Shown one piece after another: positions 18,570 through 27,001 of a DNA stretch of 64,000 nucleotides. Location: positions 77,886-141,885 of the forward strand of contig JAUYOV010000004.1 of the NCBI GenBank assembly GCA_030697795.1. The letters run 5' to 3'. The notes under the pieces were generated by a model. That model worked only from the letters and a program-made list of their open reading frames with translations, did not search any database and was not told where the DNA came from. Positions within the stretch are counted from its first letter, which is position 1. Each line of letters starts with the position of its first letter. The stretch is from a bacterium (GTDB lineage: Bacteria > Patescibacteriota > Minisyncoccia > JACQLN01). Both the position numbers and the translations under genes were made by a program.

Positions 18570-18771
18570 ACTTGGCCTCCTTTTTTAGGTTTAAAAAACT
18601 ATCCTCTGCCGTTCCCCAAAAAACTACCACCTCCAACCCCAGCCGTCAAATAGATATACCGAGATAGCGATCGCTATCTCGGTATATACTAAATTTTATT
18701 TTTTATTATTTTTTTCTGTCCAACACCTGGTGTTGGACAATAAAGTAGTTTTACAAAATCGGGACATTGTT

Positions 18772-20909
18772 CTATTTCTTTCTTCCCGAGATTATTTCTT
18801 CTGCAACATTTCTTGGTACTTCTTCATAGTGAGAGAACTCCATCGTATAAGACGCTCGGCCTTCGGAAAGAGAACGTAACTGCGTGGAATAACCAAACAT
18901 TTCTGACAAAGGCACTTTAGCGTCTATAACTTTTAAAGCCGAATCGCCCACCGCGCCAGAACCGCCCCGAGCGGTCATTTGTTCTATGCGAGCGCGCTTA
19001 GAAGATAAATCGCCGGTAACTTCGCCCAAAAACTTTTCGGGTACAATAACTTCTACTTCATAATAGGTTCCAGCAAAACGGGACTGGCTCTTTTAGCGCC
19101 TTCCTGAAAAGCCATACTGCCCGCAATTTTAAAAGCCATTTCCGAAGAGTCTACATCGTGGTAAGAACCATCATAAAGCGTAACTTTAACATCTACCACG
19201 GGGTAACCCGCCATTACGCCCTTATCTTTTGATTCCTTGATGCCTTTTTCAACCGCTGGAATAAATTCTTGAGGAATAGCACCGCCTTTAATGGCATCAA
19301 CAAATTCAAAACCACCGCCACGAGGTAACGGTTCCACTCTTAAACGCACATGGCCATATTGACCACGGCCACCCGACTGGCGAATATATTTGCCTTCGGC
19401 TTCGGCTTCGGCTTTTACAGTTTCTTTATAAGCCACCTGCGGCCGGCCCACATTGGCGTCTACTTTAAATTCCCGTTTCATTCGGTCTACGATAATTTCT
19501 AAATGAAGCTCGCCCATACCGGCAATTAAAGTGTCGCCAGTTTCTTCATCGCCTTTTATTCTAAAGGTTGGATCTTCATCGGCTAGCCTGTGTAACGCCA
19601 AACCCATTTTTTCTTGATCGGCTTTGGTTTTAGGTTCAATCCGCACAGATATAACCGGTTCGGGAAAAACTATTTGTTCTAAAATTATTGGCTGAGCTTC
19701 ATCGCAGAGCGTGTCGCCGGTTTTGGTATATTTTAAACCAACGGCCGCACCGATTTCACCAGCAAAAATTTCTTTAACATCTTCGCGGTGGTTAGCGTGC
19801 ATTCTTAAAATACGGCCTATTCTTTCTTTTTGGTTTTTATTTACGTTTAAAACATAAGAACCCGATTCTAACTTTCCGGAATATACTCTAAAAAAAGTTA
19901 GCTGGCCCACAAATGGATCGCTCGCCACTTTAAAAGCTAAACTCGAAAACGGAGTTTCATCTTTAGCTTCACGCTCTTCTTCGGTATTGGTTTTTGGATT
20001 AACACCTTTTACCGGTGGCAAATCGGATGGGCTGGGTAAATAATACAAAACTGCGTCCAACATAAACTGCACACCTTTATTTTTTAGAGCTGAACCACAC
20101 AAAACTGGAATAATTTGGCCAGAAATTGTAGCTTCGCGCAAAGCTTTTCTTAATTCGGCTAAATTTGGTTTTTCGCCAGCCAAGTAGCGTTCCATTAAAG
20201 CATCATCGGTTTCAACAATTTTTTCTACAAGTTCGGCGTGGTATTTTTCGGTCTCCGCTTTTAAGTTTTCTGGGATTTCTATTTCTACAATTGTTTCACC
20301 ATGTTCGCCTTCAAAATTGTAGGCCTTCATTTTTATTAAATCTATAATACCTTCAAAATTTTCTTCTAGGCCGATGGGAATTTGTATCCTGACAGCTTTG
20401 TCGGTTAACCTATCTAAAATAGAAGCGTAAGAACGCTCAAAAGAAGCTCCCATACGGTCTAGCTTGTTTATAAAACAAACCCTAGGCACTTTATATTTAT
20501 CGGCTTGGCGCCACACAGTTTCGGATTGAGGTTCTACACCGGCCACGCCATCAAACACAACCACAGCACCATCTAGCACTCTTAAAGATCTTTCTACTTC
20601 CACGGTAAAATCCACGTGCCCAGGCGTATCTATAATATTGATACGCATTTCTTTATCTTTATTTTTTGAACCTAATACCCTATCTTCGCTTGGTGTCCAA
20701 AAACAAGTTGTAGCGGCTGCGGTAATGGTAATACCGCGTTCTTGTTCCTGTTCCATCCAGTCCATAATAGCTTCGCCTTCATGAACTTCGCCAATTTTAT
20801 GAGAAACGCCGGTGTAAAACAAAACACGCTCGGAAACAGTTGTTTTTCCGGCATCAATGTGAGCCACAATACCGATATCGCGAGTGCGTTCTATGGGATA
20901 ATCTCTCAT
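18772..20909 (-). CDS. fusA: elongation factor G, interrupted by an apparent -1 frameshift at about 19050-19056 (two ORFs: 19053-20909 and 18772-19029)
   Basis: The N-terminal part (618 aa) ends ...LLEPIMK*. The next frame continues [27 protein letters not shown]..., which is the conserved EF-G C-terminus. The observed ATGAAGTAGAAG should read ATGAAGGTAGAAG. Confidence 0.85.
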
Positions 20910-21027
20910 AAATATACTAATCTACAAATTGATACGAATTATACTAATGATTTAACGAATTCGTTTTATATTCGCATTATTCGTTAAGCTTATTCGTAGC
21001 ATTCGCATAGATTCGTATATTGGTATA

Positions 21028-21495
21028 TTACCAGCTGAAATGCGCAAAAGCCTTATTAGCTTCGGCCATACGATGAGTGTCGTTTCTTTTTCTAATAGCG
21101 TTGCCTTCGTTCTTGGAAGCCAAAATAATTTCTTCGGCTAATTTTTTATCTATAGATTTTCCTTTGCCATTTCGCGCCGCCGTAACCAACCAGCGCATAG
21201 CTAAGGTTAACTTTCTTTCACCCCGAACTTCGCGCGGCACTTGATAATTAGCGCCACCTATTCTACGAGATTTAACCTCTAAATGAGGCATAACATTTTT
21301 AACAGCTGTTTCAAAAATTTCCAAACCCGGTTTGTTTTCTTTCTTTTCTACATTGGCTAAAGCCGTATAAAAAATCTTTTCGGCTACTCTTTTTTCGCCA
21401 TCTTGCATTATTTTATTTATAAATTGAGAAACCAAAACACTGCCGTATTTAATATCCGGCTTAATATCGCGTTTGATGTTTATTTTTCGTCTCAT
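21028..21495 (-). CDS. rpsG: 30S ribosomal protein S7
   Basis: Full-length S7 homology. Confidence 0.95.
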   Translation of the reverse strand: MRRKINIKRDIKPDIKYGSVLVSQFINKIMQDGEKRVAEKIFYTALANVEKKENKPGLEIFETAVKNVMPHLEVKSRRIGGANYQVPREVRGERKLTLAMRWLVTAARNGKGKSIDKKLAEEIILASKNEGNAIRKRNDTHRMAEANKAFAHFSW

Positions 21496-21569
21496 GAACT
21501 AGCTTTTAGCTTTTTAGCTACTAGCTTCTTAGATTTTTCTAAAAAGCTAAAACCTAGAAAGCTAATTTC

Positions 21570-21998
21570 CTATTTGGGAGCTTTGGCTCCATACTTGCTC
21601 CTTCTTTGCATTCGGCCTTCTACACCAGTAGTATCCAATACACCACGCACAATATGATACCTAATACCCGGCAAATCTTTAACCCTACCGCCCCGCATCA
21701 TCACCACCGAGTGTTCTTGCAAATTGTGGCCAATACCTGGGATGTAGGCTGTGACTTCCATACCATTAGATAACCTAACACGGGCAATTTTACGCAAAGC
21801 CGAGTTAGGTTTTTTAGGTGTCATGGTTCTAACCGAGATACACACACCTCTTTTAAAAGGAGAATTAAAATATGAATACCTGTTTTTTAAGCTATTGAAC
21901 GCAAAAGTAAGCGCTGGAGATTTGGATTTGCGCTTAGAAGTTTTTCTATTTCGTTTTATTAACTGATTTATTGTCGGCATATTTTGCTCATGAGACAC
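21570..21998 (-). CDS. rpsL: 30S ribosomal protein S12 (true start probably MPTINQL at 21980)
   Basis: PTINQL...[10 protein letters not shown]...VRGG motifs. Confidence 0.95.
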   Translation of the reverse strand: MSHEQNMPTINQLIKRNRKTSKRKSKSPALTFAFNSLKNRYSYFNSPFKRGVCISVRTMTPKKPNSALRKIARVRLSNGMEVTAYIPGIGHNLQEHSVVMMRGGRVKDLPGIRYHIVRGVLDTTGVEGRMQRRSKYGAKAPK

Positions 21999-22077
21999 GC
22001 TTGATTATAAAGGCCAGCCCTTGGAATCAAGGTCTGACCTTGGCACTACTTAAATACTAAGGATTTAAACTGAAGTC

Positions 22078-22106
22078 ATTATAGATTAAAAGAGGGCTTG
22101 GCGCAA
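22078..22106 (-). promoter_or_regulatory. candidate sigma70-type promoter of the str operon (-35 TTGCGC, 17-nt spacer, -10 TATAAT, read on the minus strand)
   Basis: Hexamers lie about 90 nt upstream of rpsL. Confidence 0.35.
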
Positions 22107-22215
22107 GGGCTTTCGTACACCGAGCATACGATCGTAAGCTCGGTGTATATATCCAAATAATGTAAAAAATAAAAAAAGATAATAGTAATTAACTAAAAAA
22201 CAAGGTCAAGATACT

Positions 22216-22836
22216 CTATGCCATCAAGGGAAACCCAGTTATAAAGCGAAAAATAATAGGTATTATAGGTGTAACTAGAGGGAATAAAAAAAATATAAAA
22301 ATAAGAACCAAAAACATACCGTATCTTTCTAGCATGTTAAGCTGTCTTTCGTATTTATAAGGCAAAACAGCGGCTAAGATTTTAGAACCATCTAACGGCG
22401 GTATCGGCACTAAATTAAATAAGCCCAAAAGAATGTTTATATAAACTATAAGTGAAATAGCGATAGCTGTTTGAGCCGGAATGATAGGAATAAATCTAAG
22501 GGCCAATCCAAAAGCCAAAGCTATAGTAAAGTTTGATACAGGGCCAATGCCAGCCACCAGTGCCGGACCCCATTTTTGGTTTTTTAAATTATAGGGATTA
22601 TACGGCACAGGTTTAGCCCAGCCAAAAATAAAGCCTCCGCCTATATAAGAAAGTAAGGGCACCAAAAAAGAACCCATAAAATCCAAATGTTTTAAAGGAT
22701 TAAAACTTAAACGGCCGAGATCGCGAGCGGTGTTATCGCCCAATTTTTTAGCCATTAAGCCGTGCGAAACCTCGTGCACCACTACGGACATAATAAGCAC
22801 GGCCAAGTTGAATATTAGAAGCACTGTTTGATCCAT
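22216..22836 (-). CDS. site-2 protease family zinc metalloprotease (M50)
   Basis: HEVSHGLMA (HExxH) in a polytopic membrane protein. Confidence 0.7.
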   Translation of the reverse strand: MDQTVLLIFNLAVLIMSVVVHEVSHGLMAKKLGDNTARDLGRLSFNPLKHLDFMGSFLVPLLSYIGGGFIFGWAKPVPYNPYNLKNQKWGPALVAGIGPVSNFTIALAFGLALRFIPIIPAQTAIAISLIVYINILLGLFNLVPIPPLDGSKILAAVLPYKYERQLNMLERYGMFLVLIFIFFLFPLVTPIIPIIFRFITGFPLMA

Positions 22837-22943
22837 TTTAAAATATATGTTAGTGTAGTTTTCATAATAATAGCATAAGGAGAAAGAAAGTTAGAGTTTT
22901 TGAAACTCTAAACCCTAATTCCTAAAAGCTAAAAGCTATTCGG

Positions 22944-23162
22944 ATGGTTTGTCCAACATGTAAGAAAACCAGTGGTTTTAGAATCAAACGCGTATTGTTA
23001 CGCGGTCATTATAATCCAACCGTAAAACAAAAACAGCACCCTAACCTACAATGGGTTCGTATTGGCATAGGAAAAAGAATTAAAGTTTGCGCCAGCTGTT
23101 TAAAAGCTTCTCAAAAGAATCCAAATTATTTTAGAAAAATAGCCCCAAAGTTGTATAAGTAA
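22944..23162 (+). CDS. rpmB: 50S ribosomal protein L28 (Zn-ribbon variant CPTC...CASC)
   Basis: HPNLQWVRIGIGKRIKVCASCLKA aligns with the L28 core ANLQKVRILVNGK... Confidence 0.65.
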   Translation: MVCPTCKKTSGFRIKRVLLRGHYNPTVKQKQHPNLQWVRIGIGKRIKVCASCLKASQKNPNYFRKIAPKLYK

Positions 23163-23200
23163 AAAAATATCCCGACACCAGTGTCGGGATATTTTTTGTT
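23161..23200. terminator. bidirectional intrinsic terminator (atcccgacaccagtgtcgggat flanked by A/T runs)
   Basis: 10-bp perfect stem with a T-run on both strands. It serves rpmB on the plus strand and the tRNA on the minus strand. Confidence 0.6.
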
Positions 23201-23239
23201 GTTGTCGGGCACATTCACTTTGCTGTGCCAAGTTTGACT

Positions 23240-23282
23240 TGGTCGGGCTGCGGGGAATCGAACCCCGTCTGCAAGTTCCTGG
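23240..23282 (-). other. orphan tRNA 3' fragment (T-arm CGGGG-TTCGATT-CCCCG, acceptor 3' strand, discriminator A and an encoded CCA) with no adjacent 5' half
   Basis: The T-loop consensus is read on the minus strand. The space to the neighbouring tRNA is too short for a full tRNA. Confidence 0.4.
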
Positions 23283-23296
23283 GAATTTTAATTTTG

Positions 23297-23367
23297 TCGG
23301 GGTAGGCGGAATCGAACCGCCGCTACAAACACCCCATGCTCGCGGGCTACCACTACCCCATACCCCG
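23297..23367 (-). tRNA. tRNA-Pro (anticodon GGG), CCA not encoded
   Basis: Manual fold. Acceptor CGGGGTA/TACCCCG; D-arm GGGT-AGTGGTA-GCCC; anticodon stem CGAGC/GUUUG with two G-U pairs; loop AUGGGGU (U33, GGG, G37); T-arm GGCGG-TTCGATT-CCGCC. Confidence 0.7.
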
Positions 23368-23557
23368 TTACCGCCAAAATTACGAAAATAAATTCTCTAA
23401 AATTCCCATTTAAACAAAGACATTTGTTTAAATCCCCCAACTCGCGCCTGCCCTGTAGAGAACCGAAAGTTCTTCAACTGGGGTATTACCTATCGTTTGT
23501 CTCCCAGACAAACGACTACGACAGCCCGAATTCTATTGAAGCCTCACTTCGATAGAA

Positions 23558-24054
23558 TTATTTACCATGCCCGAAGCCACCCACACGTATTGAGAAACTA
23601 TCGGCTATATCAAAACCCCGCCTGTCTCTAACAGGAAAATCTTGAACCAAATTATAAATAGCATCGCCGTTGTCTTTATGCAAAACTACATAAAGCCTTT
23701 GACCTTGTTTATATTCTTTTACTAAGTCCACCGGAACATAGGTGTGCGTGCCTGCTTCCAAAAAACGGCTGGTGCCAACCAAAGTATCGTATTTGTTGTA
23801 AACGTCTTCATATACTGCCACAAACCCTGGCCAATCCAGTGTGGCTTTGTCTACATAGATTCTGTTTTCAATTATAACGTCATCCTTATAAGGTTTTTGA
23901 TCTATAGCTTTAACTATGGGCACTACATCGGCTATGGCCAAATTAGGCGTGGGATTAGCCCATTCGCGTAGTTTGATCACGCCAAAATACAAACCGAGGA
24001 TTATAAGACCGAAAAACAAAGCGTAAAACGGAATTTCAAATCTGATTTTTTTCA
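23558..24054 (-). CDS. membrane-anchored hypothetical protein (likely start MKKIRFEIPF at 24054)
   Basis: The longer ORF to 24229 overlaps the divergent pgi/pmi gene. Confidence 0.45.
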
Positions 24055-24122
24055 TAAGATTTAAGCAAATTATAATACTGTTTCCAGACTTAAGCAAATC
24101 ATATATAATTCGTTTATAAACC

Positions 24123-25094
24123 ATGTTCAAAGAAACTCTCCAAAACTTCCCCCAACAATTCTCTTGGGAACCCGAAGTTATTAATGCGAATAACTTAGCT
24201 AAAAAAGAGAACACTATAGTTGTAGGCATGGGCGGTTCGCATCTTGGCGCAGATTTAGTAGAACTTTGCCTGCCAAATATATTTTTAACTATTCATAGTG
24301 GCTATGGCTTGCCCGATGTTTCGGAAAAACTTTTAAAAAATAGTTTAATTATACTAAGCTCTCATTCTGGCAACACCGAAGAAGTTTTAGATTCTTTTAA
24401 TACAGCGCATAAACAAGGTTTGGCTTTGGCCGTAATTGCAACCGGAGGACAACTTTTAGATTTGGCTATAAAAAATAATATTGCCTATGTAAAAATGCCT
24501 GCCGAAAATATACAGCCCCGCCTAGCCTTGGGTTATAGCTTTAGGGCCATACTTAAACTATTAGACGAAACCAGCACTTTGGGCGAATCCGATGCCTTAG
24601 CCAATAAACTAGACTTAGATGCCATTAAAAACCAAGCTAATAATCTTTCTAAAAAATTACAAAATAAAATTCCTGTAATTTACTCATCTTTAAAAAACAA
24701 GGCTCTAGCTGATATCTGGAAAATAAAATTTAATGAAACCTCTAAAATTCCCGCTTTTTCTAATACATGGCCGGAACTCAATCATAACGAAATGACGGGT
24801 TTTGATTCTAAAGAGAACACAAAAAGTTTAATGGAACAATTTCATTTTGTTTTTCTAAAAGACGAAAAAGATGATGCTAGAATTTTAAAAAGAATAGACG
24901 CTACAAAAAATATTTTAGAACAACAAGGTCTTGAAGTGACTATATTGCCCCTATATGGAGATACAAAAACTGAAAGTATTTTTAATTCTTTGTTGCTCGC
25001 TGACTACATAACCTTGAATCTAGCTGAATATTACGGTAATGATCCGGAACAGGTGCCTCTGGTAGAAAAATTTAAAAAAATAATTTCCACCTAA
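24123..25094 (+). CDS. bifunctional phosphoglucose/phosphomannose isomerase (SIS domain)
   Basis: GMGGSHLGADL and SSHSGNTEE SIS motifs; ~320 aa archaeal-type PGI/PMI. Confidence 0.75.
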   Translation: MFKETLQNFPQQFSWEPEVINANNLAKKENTIVVGMGGSHLGADLVELCLPNIFLTIHSGYGLPDVSEKLLKNSLIILSSHSGNTEEVLDSFNTAHKQGLALAVIATGGQLLDLAIKNNIAYVKMPAENIQPRLALGYSFRAILKLLDETSTLGESDALANKLDLDAIKNQANNLSKKLQNKIPVIYSSLKNKALADIWKIKFNETSKIPAFSNTWPELNHNEMTGFDSKENTKSLMEQFHFVFLKDEKDDARILKRIDATKNILEQQGLEVTILPLYGDTKTESIFNSLLLADYITLNLAEYYGNDPEQVPLVEKFKKIIST

Positions 25095-25154
25095 AAAAAC
25101 TACCCCCGAGCGAAGTCAAGGGGTAGTTTTTAAATAAGAATACTCAACCAAAAA

Positions 25155-25391
25155 TTACATAGAGTCCATGTTGTCTTTTTTGCATGTTTTGCAACCCCTA
25201 GAATGCGTAACCAGTTCAAAAACAGCTGAAAGACCAACTAAAATATAGACGGCCTTAACCAAGGTTGAATCCATACCGCCCAACCAACGGCTAATATCCC
25301 AACCCCAGACGCCTACTAAAAGCCAATTTAAACCTCCGACTACAAGCAGTATAAAAGCAACAAAATGAATAGCTTTCATATTAAAGTTCAA
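25155..25391 (-). CDS. DUF378-family small membrane protein
   Basis: VGGLNWLLVG motif. Confidence 0.55.
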   Translation of the reverse strand: MNFNMKAIHFVAFILLVVGGLNWLLVGVWGWDISRWLGGMDSTLVKAVYILVGLSAVFELVTHSRGCKTCKKDNMDSM

Positions 25392-25444
25392 TATTTAAAT
25401 AAATATAATATAGACCTTTTTATACACCTAGATTGTACCATATT

Positions 25445-26782
25445 TTACCTGCCTAATCCAGCTAAAACTATATTGGCAGTCTTTAAGATTATACCAACAT
25501 CAAATATAAATGAACGATTCTTTAAATAGTAAAAATCGTAAGATAATTTTTCTTTGGTATCTTCCACCGAAGAGCCATAGGTATAATTTATTTGCGCCCA
25601 GCCCGTTAAGCCGGGTTTAACCAAATATCTTCTATCGTAAAAAGGAATTTCTTTAACCAAGAGCTGATGAAATTCGGGGCGTTCGGCTCTGGGGCCCACA
25701 AAAGACATTTCGCCTTTTAATATATTTATAAGTTGAGGCAATTCGTCTAGGCGAGCCTTCCTTAAAAACCTACCCACCTTGGTTACTCTGCTGTCGTTTT
25801 CGATAGTCCACTGCGCGCCATTCTTTTCGGCATCTTGACGCATAGTTCTAAATTTAATTAAATTAAAATTTTTACCTTTATGCCCCACTCTTATTTGACG
25901 GTAAAAAATCGGGCCGTCGCCTTCAATTTTAATAATAAGAATAATAAGCAAGCCCAAAGAAAAAAGAATGGGCGTCAGTAAGATGGCTAGAATAAAATCG
26001 AAAAAACGTTTAGTTGTTTCATAAAAAGATCTTTTACCCGAAACAATATTATTTAAAAACCAAATATGATTAACATTAGCTAAATTAATTTTGCGCCAAA
26101 CTCTTTCGTTAAATTTATCTAACGTAATAACTTCGATCTTATCTATAAAATTGTAAAGCGAAACAGCTAAGCCTTCTTTACTAAAAAACCTATCATCCAC
26201 TATTAAGGCGCCAATTTTTTTTTCTTTTATAGATTCGCCAATACTACTATCAGCATTTATTACAGCCTCTACTCTATAACCTATCTGGGGGTTCTGGTTT
26301 AGTTTAACAGCTAATTTTTCACCTTTTTCGTTATCTGAAATTATAAAAGTTTTTAGCAGTAAATTTTTCTTAAAAATTATATTCACTTGTCCCCGCCATA
26401 GCGTAAAAAGAACAGAAAATATGCCAAAATATATAAATAAATTTGTTTTGGGCGCCACATAAGTAAAGTTGGCAAAATAAAAAAACAGTACCGCTGCCAA
26501 AAAATTTACCGCGAGTGAGCGCGCTAGGCCACTATAAAATTCCAATGAATTTTTGGCCGAAGTAATTTCGTAAAGGTTATGTATATAAAAAACTAAAAGC
26601 CAAATAAGTATCAAGGGGGTGAAGGCCTGAACGTGAATAGAAAAAAGTTGAGAGGTAGTGAAATTAGAACTGGTAGAATCAGCCACATTGCTATATCTTA
26701 AATAAACAGTAACAAACAGCGAGAAATAAAGAATCGCTATGTCTCCAAATAAAATCAATATTTTTTTAGCTTGAGCTGGCAT
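25445..26782 (-). CDS. undecaprenyl-phosphate sugar phosphotransferase (WbaP/EpsB-like initiating transferase)
   Basis: C-terminal bacterial sugar transferase domain (KFRTM...DELPQL...GEMSFVGPRAERPEF). Confidence 0.85.
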   Translation of the reverse strand: MPAQAKKILILFGDIAILYFSLFVTVYLRYSNVADSTSSNFTTSQLFSIHVQAFTPLILIWLLVFYIHNLYEITSAKNSLEFYSGLARSLAVNFLAAVLFFYFANFTYVAPKTNLFIYFGIFSVLFTLWRGQVNIIFKKNLLLKTFIISDNEKGEKLAVKLNQNPQIGYRVEAVINADSSIGESIKEKKIGALIVDDRFFSKEGLAVSLYNFIDKIEVITLDKFNERVWRKINLANVNHIWFLNNIVSGKRSFYETTKRFFDFILAILLTPILFSLGLLIILIIKIEGDGPIFYRQIRVGHKGKNFNLIKFRTMRQDAEKNGAQWTIENDSRVTKVGRFLRKARLDELPQLINILKGEMSFVGPRAERPEFHQLLVKEIPFYDRRYLVKPGLTGWAQINYTYGSSVEDTKEKLSYDFYYLKNRSFIFDVGIILKTANIVLAGLGR

Positions 26783-26800
26783 ATTTAAAAATAAAACTCT

Positions 26801-26899
26801 TTAAGCTCTGCTAGACCTTTCTTTAAATCTATTTTCAGTTATATGTGACCCAATAAACCCAGCTCCGCCCGTAACTATTACTTTTGTTTTTGACATCAT
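26801..26899 (-). pseudogene. 32-aa N-terminal remnant of an NAD-dependent epimerase/dehydratase (MMSKTKVIVTGGAGFIGSHI...)
   Basis: Rossmann GxxGxxG fragment that ends after 32 codons. Confidence 0.5.
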
Positions 26900-27001
26900 C
26901 AATTTAGTCTAAATATACACTCTAATATAACCAGAATTTAAGTCAAAAGTAACCCAAAAACTCCCCCGATTTGATCGGAGGAGTTTTTATTCATTACATC
27001 A

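Noticed and set aside
23238-23367. Two complete adjacent tRNA genes
   Set aside because: Only the upstream one folds into a full cloverleaf. The downstream one lacks D and anticodon arms within the available 35-nt gap, so it is reported as a fragment.
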